Assembly (NCBI RefSeq): GCF_036321535.1
Contig: NC_087437.1
Span: 108,750,001-108,814,000 of the forward strand
DNA from: Camelus dromedarius
Lineage: Eukaryota
DNA length: 64,000 bases
Direction of reading: 5' to 3'
Shown: piece after piece, positions 1-13,400 of the stretch
How the letters are laid out: each line of letters starts with the position of its first letter
Numbering within the stretch: position 1 is the stretch's first letter
Notes under the pieces: model-generated
Told to the model about the DNA's origin: nothing
Seen by the model: only the letters and a program-made list of their open reading frames with translations
Databases searched by the model: none
Position numbers and translations under genes: made by a program

Positions 1-859
1 AGGTTCATGCCCAGAACAGACATTTTGAACATTACTACTAAATTCTTAACAGATGTTGCTTGTTAACGGATCTTATCTTAAAGAAAGAAAAAGAACGAAA
101 TGAACAATAGTATCTGTCTATACCATAACTAATGTTTTTCAGCATCTAGTACTTAACCAGATAGGCTCAAGTGGTCAAACTTGTGGTCTTCTAGAGGCCA
201 CATCACGTTGCTAAAAATGAAAGAGCAAATCAATATACTATCATCGGTCTTTCTGAAACAGTATACATCAATTTGGAATGCCATGGAAACTGGGGTTTCT
301 TAACCTCCTCAGGTAGCCCTATAAAATCTGGACAACAAATATACAAATTATTTGATGACTTGGTGCTACCTAAAGAAGTCGGTGTCCTTAAAAAGAAAAC
401 CACAGTTTAAAAAAAAAAAAAAAAGACATTATCAAAGCTATTGGAAATAGCTCACCCCCATGCTCAACACTCTTTAACACTCTGCTCAGCCCAAAGTCCT
501 TTTGCAAGGAACTTGTATAAAAGAGAAAGAAAAACATTCATAGAGAAGTTCGAGGATTCCATCATGAATACACAAAAGTTTTGCCTCTAATTTTGAAAAC
601 CAAACAAATTGAGAATAACTGACTACAAAACCTTAAGGATAAAATTTGGCAAGGCCAGAAGTATCTCCTGGTCGTACCAGATAAAACCTGATAGCCACTT
701 GCCAAGTTCTTCCATAAGACAATTCATTACAGTAAGAACAAAATGGCCACGATAGTAAACAAGCAGGGGGAAAGGGAGCTCTTGGGTAGTGGAGGATGTA
801 ACTATCTAAGAAAGGCCTTGAAGAAGAGCAAGGGTAGAAGGCTACTCACCTACTCTTCA

Positions 860-2140
860 AGATTAATTATGAAGCTGTTTTTCAAAGAAAAAAATTTTGT
901 GTAAAATTAAAACAGATAAACAGAGCAGTGGAGTAGAATACAAAACACGCACCAGAAGATCTGGAAATACAAGAGAGAGGTACTGCAAAACCAGTGGCTG
1001 GACGATTAAATGAATGAAACTGTGAGAATTGACTATATGAGGTAGGGTTTCTATCCTAACAACAGTCACAAAATTTAGTTTCAGGTGAATTAGGTTTATT
1101 TTGAAAATCATAACTTTTAGAATTAAAGATCACAATTTTTTTAAACCTCAGGGAAGGAACAAATTTTTTAAACCTAACACAGTAAAGGTTCAACCGTAAG
1201 GAAAACGAATGATAAATTGGAGTAAATTTAACTGAAAGAGTCTGTGTAAGACGGCCACAGACTATGCTAAGGTCAAGCCACATACTAGAAGAAGCCTTGT
1301 AAGAGACAAAGTATTAGAATCAGTAAGAATGTATGCAATCCAAGAGGAAAACAGACATATAGATAATATATTCATAAAATGATAAGCAATAAATATATGG
1401 AATGAAGCTAAGATCCTTGGTAGCCAGGGAAATATAAGTTAAAACAAAGAGCTACTATCTCACAGCTCTGACTGGAAAACTTAAAAAATCTGGTTAAGAT
1501 TAAGCATTTTGGTGATGAGATAAGAGTTCTCTTACACTGCCACTGGGAGTGCAAACTTGCACACTACACTGGAGAGCAGTCTGACAACATCTAAAGTCCC
1601 AGGGTTTACATCTAAAACCACAGAGTTGTCTACTGCCTGAAATTCCACCTGGGGGTGTATGTCCAGAGTATCTAGCACATTTGCCTGAGAACACACTATC
1701 AAGACTATACACTTGCAGCACAGTTCAAAAGGCAAAAAATAACTACTGAAATGACAATTAGTGAGGGAAATGGTAAGCAAAGTGATAGAATATGATAATA
1801 TACAGCAGTTATGTTGAGTGAAAAACACAGTGAGTGAAAAAGCAAGTTACAAAAGAACACTTAAAATAGGATATCATAAATATAAACTTTAAAAAAACTG
1901 CTATATATTATTTATGGATATAAACATGTGGTAAAGTATAAAACCTTAAATAGGAAGAAGTCACACCAACTTCAGAACAGTAGTTAGCTTTAACGAGGGA
2001 AGGAGGAGATGGCGTCAGGGAGGAGTACAAAAGAGTAACACTTTATTTCTTTAAAAATCAGAAGCAAATATGGCAAAATAGTTTATGGAGAGTACAGGGC
2101 ATTTATATTATTATTATGTATATTTGAAATATTTTGTAAT
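860..2140 (+). mobile_element. Old L1 (L1M-type) ORF2 3'/3'UTR remnant
   Basis: Degenerate L1 motifs (TGATAAATTGGAGTAAATTTAA, GGGAGTGCAAACTTG...GAGAGCAGTCTGACAA); A-rich plus strand. Confidence 0.55.
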
Positions 2141-4339
2141 TTAAAAGAATTTTAATGGGCACATATGGTATAACAATCAAATAATAACAGTAATTATTCA
2201 CACCACAAAAACTTGTCAAGTAATAACATTATTTAAGCCACAGAAACTTTTGTACATACATTACAGCATGTGATAAATAAGAGTTAAAAATAAATCCTAA
2301 AATTTGCAATTTACATTAGGGTTTTAAATTAATAATTTTGCTAATGGGCTTTGAATCTCATGCAATTTTAAAATGTCCTTATGCTAGAATTTTAAGGGGA
2401 TGCTCTCAAGTTGTCAAAGCTATATAAATAAACTTTAATTAATGTGGTATTCTGAATTTCAGTCTTACTCTGGAAAGCTTTTTCTTTAGCATATAAACAG
2501 TAACAAGCTTTACATTTATATTTACAGGTTTCAAAGAAATACGCTAAGAGTCCTAAGTATGAAGAGTAGGTGTCCTACACTTAATTATAGTGTTTCACCA
2601 AGAACCTGATGCCCTAAATAACGTGGAAAAACAATGCTCCATTATTCCCTTTTCTTTTCTATTTTGGGTTTGGGTCAGAAGCCAAGACATACCAATACTG
2701 TAAAAGTTATAAACAAAGTCCTACTACAAAACCATATTTAAAAGAAAGGTATGTAACTTTCACAGAAGAATAACACAATCCTTTGGGTTTACTATGTCAG
2801 AGAGAGACATAGAAAGAGAATATTTTAAGAAAGGGGTTAAGAAGAGGTAGTAGAATTTTGCTATTTGTACTTCACTGACTGACTCCTTGAGTCTCAAAGC
2901 TGTAAGGTAATAAATACTACAGAGAAAAACTGAGGAGACAAAACTGGGCAGGACACTGCATCTGCAAATACAACTCAAGACCTTTAACTCACGTAATACT
3001 TCACTCTCCACTAAAGTACTCTGACCACACTCATACTATTTCAGTAACAACCATTTTACCCAGTTGATGGTGAGCAGTAATTTTATTTAACATGAGTTGC
3101 TTTTTGCCTAAACATTTGCAACAGAGATGATTAGCTGACCTTTCAAGTAACCTTGCTATTAGATACGTTACTATTTCCCATGTAATGGAAGACTGCAATA
3201 AAATTATTCCAGGTTCCAAACTTCCACACTTCTGTATTTGGGGCACAATTTTTAAGGGCAATAGTACTGTGGTAAAAGGCAGGTTTTTACCTACTCCATT
3301 TCAGCCTGTTATACTGAACTTTACTTAGTATTAAAATTCTTAACTTGCACTTCTGAAGACTGGAAAAAATTAGCTCCCCCCAGATCTCTAATTTAGTGTA
3401 ACTTTAATCAGTAAGAATAGCAAAATTTGCTTACAAAATTCAAAGCCTCCTACAACATGTTATCTTCCGTTTTTTCCACCATTCTTAAATTTCAGATGTA
3501 ACTCATTTATTTCTTCCCTCTTGACAGAGGAATAACTACCACTCTGCTTCATGAATGAAATAATCTAATCCCTGTTTCTCTCAAATTCTCCCCCTCTGAA
3601 GACTCATTCCAACTGAGTGATAAGTTCACTGACAAGTCTGCTATTCAAATTTCACTAATACAAGGAAATTCTTCTTCTACAGCAAAAGGTCAGTGTCATG
3701 AATTTAATCTCTGAATTTCATAACCTTTAATAAATGGAGGCACCTTAAAGTTCAGTTTATACTCTTTATATAGAATTTCAGAGCATGCTTTAAATAGCTT
3801 AAGATAAGCTATATTAATAGCTTAATGTCATTTTATCATTAAAATAATCTACAAATATCAGAATACTAGTTTTGTTGTCATAACTAATAAATACATCTTA
3901 AAATATCTGTAGCTGTAAATCAACCCTCTCAATTCATTTGCCTCACTTGGACAGTTCTAAAACACAGATCATCAAACTGGGTTTAACAGTATAATACAGT
4001 TGTACAATGTTTTCACAAATTCCAATTCTGTAATTTAGAGGTTTTCCATATTTATTTTTAAATATACAAAGAGATTAAACTATTAATATAAATATTTTCT
4101 CTCAAATATGTAATATTCTTATGTAAAAGAAAAGGTTTCCAAACATTTACAAAGCAATCTAAAGATAAGTAAACCTGATTTTACGATCATTACATTAAAC
4201 AAAATAATTTTCCAGAGAAGGTCCTATTTAAAAGTAATGCTCACTGGCCTCCTCACATTAACACTTCAAGATGAATCCAAATCCATTGCCTTTGCTTGAT
4301 TTACTTCAGGGATCACTTCCAATGGGAAAAAAAAAAATC
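2130..4339 (-). other. LTN1: Probable LTN1 3' UTR (end approximate)
   Basis: AT-rich, repeat-poor stretch after the stop; minus-strand poly(A) hexamers AATAAA at 4051-4056 and 3082-3087 and ATTAAA at 2151-2156; L1 remnant begins beyond it. Confidence 0.55.
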
Positions 4340-4402
4340 TCAGAAAAACGTCTCACGACAGAGTGGACAAGTAGATTTGTTGCTAGATGTAAACCACTTG
4401 TA
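4340..4402 (-). CDS. LTN1: LTN1 exon 30 (coding part; RING C-part and stop)
   Basis: TTTCAG acceptor; [23 protein letters not shown]. Confidence 0.97.
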   Translation of the reverse strand, partial: YKWFTSSNKSTCPLCRETFF

Positions 4403-7400
4403 CTGAAAAAGAAAAGTTTATTTAAATGTTAAGAGAACTTTTTAAACTGTCATTTTACATATAAATCTAAAATAGCTTTAAAATGATGAAGTAAAAAAGG
4501 GAGAAACTGAAACGTCTTTTCCCTCTGTTCATCTCCAAAACCAGCACGACTCAGTACTCCTTCCAAAGGCCACACTGCACTGCTTCCCACCTCCGCTCAG
4601 GCACACAACCACGAAGACCCATGGGATCTTCCATGGGAAGACCTCCCATGAAGCAGCTGAACATAGGGCAACTCTCTTCCCAATACGATGTTTAAAAAGA
4701 GCAAAAAAACTCTGATGCCAGATGGCCCCGAAGTCTAATTTTTTCAGTCTCCTTTACGGTGTAGATCTTATAAGACCATCTATTTTTTGAGTTCTGAGAG
4801 CAATTTTAGAAACAACCACTTATTAAAATGCTTTGATGCCACCTCTCTCAATAAATTACTAATTATCTTTCACATGTTTTTGAAAAATCATTTTAATATG
4901 TTTCTCATTAACTACAAGTAAGAGATTAATAGCCACTGTTATCCAAGGTTAGATATCATACATATATAATTATACATAAGATATAAATAAGTTAATTTCT
5001 ATCCAGACTTACCAAGCAAGCTGAATGGAACTTTTTCTTGCATGTTCTACAGGCTTTTTTGGGAAGAGAATAGTTGAAACCGTGAATGACTGAGAAACAG
5101 ATCATGCAATCTTCAACACCCTCAAAACGTTTGTCTACATTATTCTTCCATAACGCTAAGCCTTCCATAATACTTCCATTCTGTTAAGAAAAAAATAAAT
5201 TTAATAAATTAATAAATCCATATACACTGAAGATCACCAATGTTACTTTTATTCAATTTCACAAATTCTAAAGTTGAATTATAACTTGGAGAAAAGAAAA
5301 TCTGCTTGGCTACATTCAGAATTCTAACTTTTATGAATACTGGTTTTTAAAATGACCTTCCAAGTTTTAGGAACCAGATATAATTTTTTTCCATTAAAGG
5401 CAGACTTGAAAGAAAGGCCTCTATCCTAATTTTCCAGTTTTATTGCCTGAACTTGTTGTTCAGTAAAACTCTTTGAATAATTAAATCATTTAGATCAGTT
5501 CTCCTGAGTTTTAACTAAAAATAATGAAATTAATTCTTACCTTCTCAAATGCTAATCTGTTCCACCTCTCTAATACTGGTGAATACACTTGTTTTAAAAT
5601 AATTTTTCTTTACTGTAGAATGCCTGAGGTACACATCACAATGTATAAACAGAACTAGAGAACGCTTGTACTTTGTTTAAAAGGCACAGGTACTGGGATT
5701 ACTATAACCACAAAAGAAGACTTAAATTGCTAAGTAGCTCAGAAGACATTCATCCATCCTGTATCTTGCAAAAAGATTCCCTCTCAAACAATTCCGTTAA
5801 TACCATGTATTGTTCTATGTCATCTACAATGTCAGTGAAGTAAAGTCAGTTCTTCTCAAATACCAGACAAAAATGTCGTAGAGCCTTAAAAATTAAAACA
5901 GCTTGGCAGGTTCAAATCATTTAGGCAGAATCTGTGTTATCCAACAAACTATGATGTCCATTTCTACTTAAGCAGAAGAGACATACTGAAAGTTTTATTG
6001 CCCTCAGATAGTAAATCAGCACTATACCTCTGGTTTGGACACAGAAACTTACTTGATGGGTGAGGTATGTGCTTAACTGGAGCATCCAGTTCCGCCACTG
6101 CTGAACAGCCACTCCAACTCTTTTCCCACTTTCTACTGTTATTGAACCCAGTGGATAATTTGAAGGCAGCTGTATTATAAGTTCAATAACTATGTCCTCA
6201 ATTGTATAAGTGGCCATTACTTCTCGAGTAGTAGCCCGAGCTTTCACCTGCAACACAAGAGGTTAATATTTTTTTTGCCAAATTTCTTTTCTTTGTTTTC
6301 ATTCAGAAAACACCTTGGTGGGCTGACTACTAAAGTATGAATAAACATGTTCAGTTTTCTGACATGAGATATTTAATAAAGAGGCTCAAATACCTGATGT
6401 ATTTTATAGTGTTGCTATGACACTCAAAGATATTTCCAAAAGAAACGCACCGCTCATAAAGTATGTTTTATTATATTAGGCTTGTCATATCATAAATAGT
6501 TTTTGCATAGACCAATAACAGAATGGGTTATTATTTATTATTCCTTCTCTTCCAAACCAAGAGGATCAAATACCACTTCTGTTTAGATGTCTCCCAAGTC
6601 TTCTCTACCAGAGAATTCTCTTGAGCTTTAGAGTCAATCAACAACTGCCAAAATATTTATACCTGACCTTGATTCTCTTACTAGCATTGCAAATTCAACA
6701 TAAAACACAAATTATCATCCTTTACAAATTTATTCTTCTGGCATTCCTATTTCCAGGCTATAAAAACCATAGCATCATCTTAAATTTCTCCTTCTACTGA
6801 ATCCCAGATATTAACTAGTCGCAAGTTTGGATAAAGCACCACAAAATTCCTCACACCCCTCTACTTTTAAGGACCATTTCCACTGATACGGCCTCCCTCA
6901 GGCCCTCCTCATAACGCCCACATTAACAGTCTCCCTAACTGGTGCTGACATCTGAAACTCAAGCTCCCTGCCAAAAGACCATGTTAGAGATTCAGTTAGA
7001 GCAGTTTCATAGATTAGAACTCTGACAGTGTCACTGCCTCAAAAGAAAAATTCCAGAGGCTACATAGGACCAAATATTTTAGACTGTTGTTTGAGGCCTC
7101 ACCCAATATGGTCCTAATTCATCATAGAAGCATTTTATTCTCTATTTACCTTCAGGAGTTCTACCCTGTATGAATACTGGGCTATTCATCATTTTGTAGG
7201 CAATCACAGAAATTTTATTCTCATCTCCAAGCTTTCTGCTTTTCCCATATTATTTTCTGTAAATTAAATGCCTTTCCCCCCATTTTTCCCATAACAAAAT
7301 CCTGCCTACCTCAACTTTCTCCATAAAGTCTCACCTGAACCCCTCAGCCAGGCGAACCTTTCCCTCTATGAGTTCAGAATACTCTCCCTCATAATGTGCC

Positions 7401-10400
7401 ACTTTCTAGTTTCCAATGCAAAAAACATTACTGGTATCACTCTTTTCCCTTTATTAGATTATATGGTATTACAGGACAGGTATCTGATCCTTCTAAACTG
7501 TTCATTTTGCAGGTGACTGGCATACAGTGCCTTGCACCTGTAGGTATTCCAATATATATTTCAAAGTAACTAATGAACGCTCAAAGACCTTTAAAAATTG
7601 TGAATCACTATATTGTACACCTGTAGCGTATATAACATTGTACATCAACTATACTTCAATAACAAATAAACCGAATAAACAAAAAAGGGGGTAAATGAAA
7701 TTATAACATTATTTCGATTTAATTTGAGATTTGATATTCAAAAATCAGAAAACAAAGTAGACAATTTCTATAAATTCTGAACCAAGAGCTATAACTGTGA
7801 TGATACTCACTACAACTGACAGACATAACCAATATTCAAGCAACTTTTCTAGAAAAAATTTAAGACAATACTAACCGTCATGCCATTAAACAGTTGTGTA
7901 CTTGTTTGCACAGAAGATATTTCTTGAAAAGAAAGAACATTGCTAACATACTTGCTTGTAAATCTATCTACAATATTGAAAACACGTTTCTCACTACTAT
8001 TCCACCACAGCCTAACCATGGCGGGCAAGTCTTTTAATGTCATGTGATAGACTGAACAAGCCAAGTGCGGAATATGGTATGGAAGAGTTGAGGTATCTGA
8101 GGAAAAAAATAAATTCTTAGTTAGTAAGATATATTTCTTACATGGAATAACAGACTAATCGTAGTATTTTCCTTAGAAGATCATTTTTAATTCCTTAACA
8201 CTAGTGCCAGAGCTCATAAAACAAACATACCCAAGAAACCAGAACTCAAGAATTAGCTGTCTCACACATTCAAAATGAACAACCAAAATGGCAAAAAGAA
8301 TGAAGATCCCAAATGACACCGAAAAATCTGCCTAGAAATGGCACTCTGTAAGTTTCACATGAAAAATCACAAATACAATGAAACACACATACTTTTTAAA
8401 GGAGGAGAAATTAAAGATTCTTTTTCTTATAAATTATGAAAAAGAGTTTGCTGGTCCCCTTTACTCTCACTGATGTGTTATGCAAAAGTCCTAGAATCCC
8501 ACCTTAATACTCAACAAGACGAAGTCCCATCCTCAGATCTCCAAGGCTTTTAAAAAATTCCTATTCTCAGGAAATCACTTAGATCACTTAGAACATTGTG
8601 GTCCAGCTAGACGTGTGTTTATCTATCCGTTCAGCTAAAATGTGAGCTCCCGGAGTAAAAACAATAAATTTTATTCACCTTTTTTCCCCAGCTGAAGACT
8701 ATTCATTTACAGGCCAATAAGACATTATCACATAACAAGTATTTGTTTACAGAGTAAAAGATAAGTCTCAACAAACTAAGCTTCAAAAATTAAATTCTTA
8801 ACAATCTTAGCCACTCGGTCTAATTCTATGTCCTATTTAGAAAAATATGGAAAATCTCTCACTGCAACATTTTCATAGCCAGGACCCACGTTTGGGGTTA
8901 CTCTCCACACCCTCAGGATAAGGCATAATATAACCTAATCTGAACCTCGTCTCCAAGAAAGAACACAAAAACACATCATACTGACCTCTAATACTCAGCT
9001 GGAGCTCTTCTGTAAAGAAAGTTTTAGGGTCCTTACTGGAGAGCTCAATAGCTGTCTCTGAAAAGGTCGGGTTTTCTGGCATCAGTCTGAACAGGTGATA
9101 GAGCAATTTATTCAAACTTTTCGTTTTTCGAAGGTACATTGAGTATAGAGCTCGAAGCTGATGGAGAGTAAAGAATTTGTTAGTAAACCCAATTAAACCA
9201 AGATAATCAGTAGATACGAACAGATCAAAGTATAGGAGATTGTACAGAATACAATACAAAAATGCATTCATCTGAACACTGCAAATTACATGGAAGAGTC
9301 CTACAAAATACATGGCACAGTCTAACTTTCCAAATGTGTCATCTGAGGGCACTGCAACCCTCCTCATAAACTAGCAGGAGTTGTCACTCTCTCCTCATTA
9401 TTAGACATCTGCTTCTAACATCTTTTTCAAACTGTCTCCCTAAGTTCTCCCCCACTTGGAGTCTCTGAGCAAGGAAAACCTATTTGCCATCCCCACAGAT
9501 AACCCACTCACTCTCTTTCTAAGTCTTCCATACATTCCTTGCACACCATAATCCCGAATCTTTCAACATCCTGCTTAAGACAAATCCCATTTTTATGGCT
9601 GACCTCACCCTATAACAAACATTGCAGCATCCCTTTATGACAGCACAAATTAGTGGTCCAAAACATCCTGGGGTCTTCTCACAGTTGTTTTATAAATCAA
9701 GAAATTTCCCATAAAAATATGGATTTCTGATTTCTTTTTTAAAAATAGGAAAATCTAGCACCACTGGGTGCACTATAGGTTATCTGTGAGACACATGCTT
9801 TGGACTCATTCCTCAATAATATAGTTTTCAGTTGTTTGCATTTACTTTGCAGCTCTTGGTATCTGTACCTGTTTTTAAATTATTTCTTCCACTATACTAC
9901 ATGTTTCCTCAAAGTATAAAGACACCATTTTCTGAACACTGTAAATACTCAAATACAAAGATCAAGCCATAGGATTTGGAATTAATTCTTAAAATATTGA
10001 CCAAAGTACCTTTATAATGGAGAAATCTGGAGGGCACTACCTTTACCAAGTAACCAAAGTTAACACCACCAATAAAAGGAGACATGACATTCTGTGTTCC
10101 TGAGGTGATACACTCAGAACACACCACCACTGTGCCCTAAACACTCTCGCTGAAAAGGAACCAGAATCTAACCATGAGGAAATGATCAGACAAATCCAAA
10201 CTATAAGATAGTCTACAAAATAACTGACCTGGTGAATGACAGGAAAGAAAAGTAAAGTAGTTGTAAGTTAAAGAAATATGACAGACAAATGCAAATGTGA
10301 TCCTTGACTGAATCCTCAACAGATAAGGAAATAAAACTATGAAGGACATTACTGGGACAACTAGGAAAATTTAAATACAAGTTAGATAATATTATTGTGT

Positions 10401-13400
10401 CAAAATAAAATCTGAGTGTAATAACTACATTACATTTATGTCGAAATATGTCCTTGTCCTTAGGAGATATACGTTTAAATACTTTTGGTAAAGCATTACG
10501 ATGTCAAAGTAAGTCTGCAACTTACTTTGAAGGAGATAAGCATAAAAAAAGTAAATAGAGAGAAAGCATGTGTAAATGTACCAACATGTTAAAAATGTGT
10601 GACCCTACAAAGAGGTTTATGACTTTTTGTCGAATCATTTGCCCACCTTCTCTGTAAATCTGAATATTTTTCAAAATAAAAAGTTGGAAGGAAAGTAGAA
10701 TTAAAAAAAAAAAAATCAAGTATATCACATATTTATTTTAACATGTATCAATGACCCAGAAATCCCACCCTTAGGTATACAACACAAGAGAAATGAAAAC
10801 ATATGTCCACCCAAACATGTATGCAAAAAGGTTTACAGCAGCTATATTCAAAATAGCCCCCAAGTGGAAACAACCTAAATGCCCACTGAATGACTGGATA
10901 AACAAGATGTGGTAGAGGCATACATACAATGGAATATTATTTAGACATAAAAAGGAGTGTTATACTGATTACATGCTGTAATATGAATGAATCTTTAAAA
11001 CATTACGCTATGTGAAATAAGCCAGACACAAAAGACCACATATGTGTCAGGTCCACAATTGGCAAATCCATAGAGACAGAAAATAGGTTAGTGTTTACCA
11101 ATGGCTGGGGGGTTTGAGAGGAAATGGGAAGTGACTGCAAATGGGTAAGGGTTTTTTGGTAGGGGAGGAAGGTGTAGATAATGTTCTAAAATTAGACAGT
11201 GGTGATAGTAGCACAATTCTGTGAATATTAAAAACACCAAACTGTTTACTTAAAATAAGTAAATCTGATATGTGAAATGTATCTCAGTAAAAAAATTAAA
11301 CATACATAGCTTTGTTTCCAATTTGATCTGATTCATTAGTTTTTCTGAGAAGAAAGTTAAAAACGGCCCAGATTAAGAACCAAAGTTTTAAAAAGAAATT
11401 CTCAGCTTTTTTTTAGGATTCCTCTAATTAGCGTTATTTAATGGGTTATGCTGGTTTATCTGTTCACAGCTCAGTTCAATTTCCAGGCTCAATAAATGCT
11501 GCTCTGCAATTCTGTGTGCCCCCTCCCCAACTCTGGCTTAATGGAAAAGATGACGTGTGGCCCCATTCCTAATTTCTAAACATAAGATAACAAGAAAAAA
11601 TTCTTATACATAAAACTTCAATTGCTGCAACTTTTTAGAGATAAAAAATATTCTAAGAAATGAATGTAAAAGGCCAATAAGGAGCTCTTGAAATATATCA
11701 TCAGCAAATTAGAACCAGCTCAGATCACAAACATAAGTGGGAGGCCTGAAAAGAAATACAATAACTGACACATCTAGATCAGTGCTGCCTCTGTAATTTG
11801 ATTTTCCCCTTAGATAAACAAATGCAAAAAAAACCCCGCTATATTTACATATTCCACGGTATGGGTTATTAGCAACAACATAAATTACAACTAAGAATTC
11901 TGAAAAATCACATTGGAAATGAATGCCATATTTAGTCACTCTTTAAATATGAAGTGACTGTTTTTTTGTAGTGACCTGTCAAAGAAGCCACCTGCTTTAT
12001 TCAGCTGATTCAATCAGTGTTTGAAACTTTTTAAGGTGGGGATCTGTCTGAAAGAATGGGGGGTGGGGGGGAGAGTAGATTTTTCCAGCTTCCTTCCAGG
12101 ACAAGACCTCTTTTTCTTAAACATGAGACAACAGAGACATCTAGTGGCTACTGAAATAATTAAAGCCAAATAATTATATAGGATATTTTCATCATTCAGT
12201 GATAAGTTTCAATTACATATGGTAATATTTCATAGATATTTCTCTAAACACTAATTTTCAAATAAGAAAAATCTCCAATGATGTATTAACTGACATCTCC
12301 ACAAGAGTCAGAAGTTGATCAAAGGAAAAAAATAGCAATATCCAATTCTTTTGAAACTATTACTACGGTTGCACAAAATTAAATTATAGAAATCTGGTTT
12401 CCTGCAATAAAAGGACTTGGTGTCTACATCCAGTTAGACAAACAGTTGATGTAAGCACATTCCAGAAATTAATTACTTTTACAAACTGTGTGTGTGTGTG
12501 TGTGTAAAACTGTGGGAGGGTGAGGAAGTAGAGACAGAAATAAATTTAGCAGAATGTTTGAAATTAGCCAGATAAGATTAGATTAAAATGTGAGGCATTT
12601 CCTCTTTTTTCTCCCAAAAGAAGGGAAAGCTAGGGGTTTAGGATAGTAACAGAGAAATACATATAAGACAGAACTGTCAAAAGTTGTCTTATTTACCTGA
12701 GATGAAGCAGCTTTGAAGAACGTAAGTATTAATTTCCAAGTGAGGAGATATCCCAAAACATAGCAGAAGTCTTCACTCAGTGGCTTAATAGTAACTATCT
12801 GTCCAACAGGAATACACCCCAAAACATTTTCTAGTAAGTCTTCTTGAGTGCTAAGGAGAGACATCAGTGCTGCCGGTGGTGACCTAAGAACAAATGATTA
12901 AACACCACAGTTTTCTTCATTAACTCATCCCTTAACAAACTGATATTATGTATAAATTTCAAGTATCTTAAGAAAATGTTTCTCTATTTTCCAAAAACCA
13001 TTTTAAAAGTCCCCCTTTATAGATTCAATTTTGACTCATAATTTCACATGAAGCCAATCATAGAATCTGAAAGACATAAAATGTTATACAAATATATACA
13101 TATTTTCCTATTTATAAATCTATAAATATGTAATATAAAATATAAAATTTTATATTTATAAATATATAAAACATGGACTCTAGAGGTTAGCACTTAAAAG
13201 ACCCTTTTAGAAAACATATACTTCAGCCTTTTGTTTCACAGATAGAAAAAAAAATCACACAACCAGAGGGGCTAAATGATTAGTCTGAAGCCCCTCGGTT
13301 AGTCAGGGGAACCATTAGGGCTAACAAATCCTACCAGGCCACTTATCATCCTATAAAGGGTAAAAAGGTCGTAAGACTGGACGCCTTTTCAGCAGATTTA

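Noticed and set aside
13085..13172. AT-rich quasi-palindromic stretch
   Set aside because: Low-complexity TA/TAAA sequence; self-complementarity is trivial.
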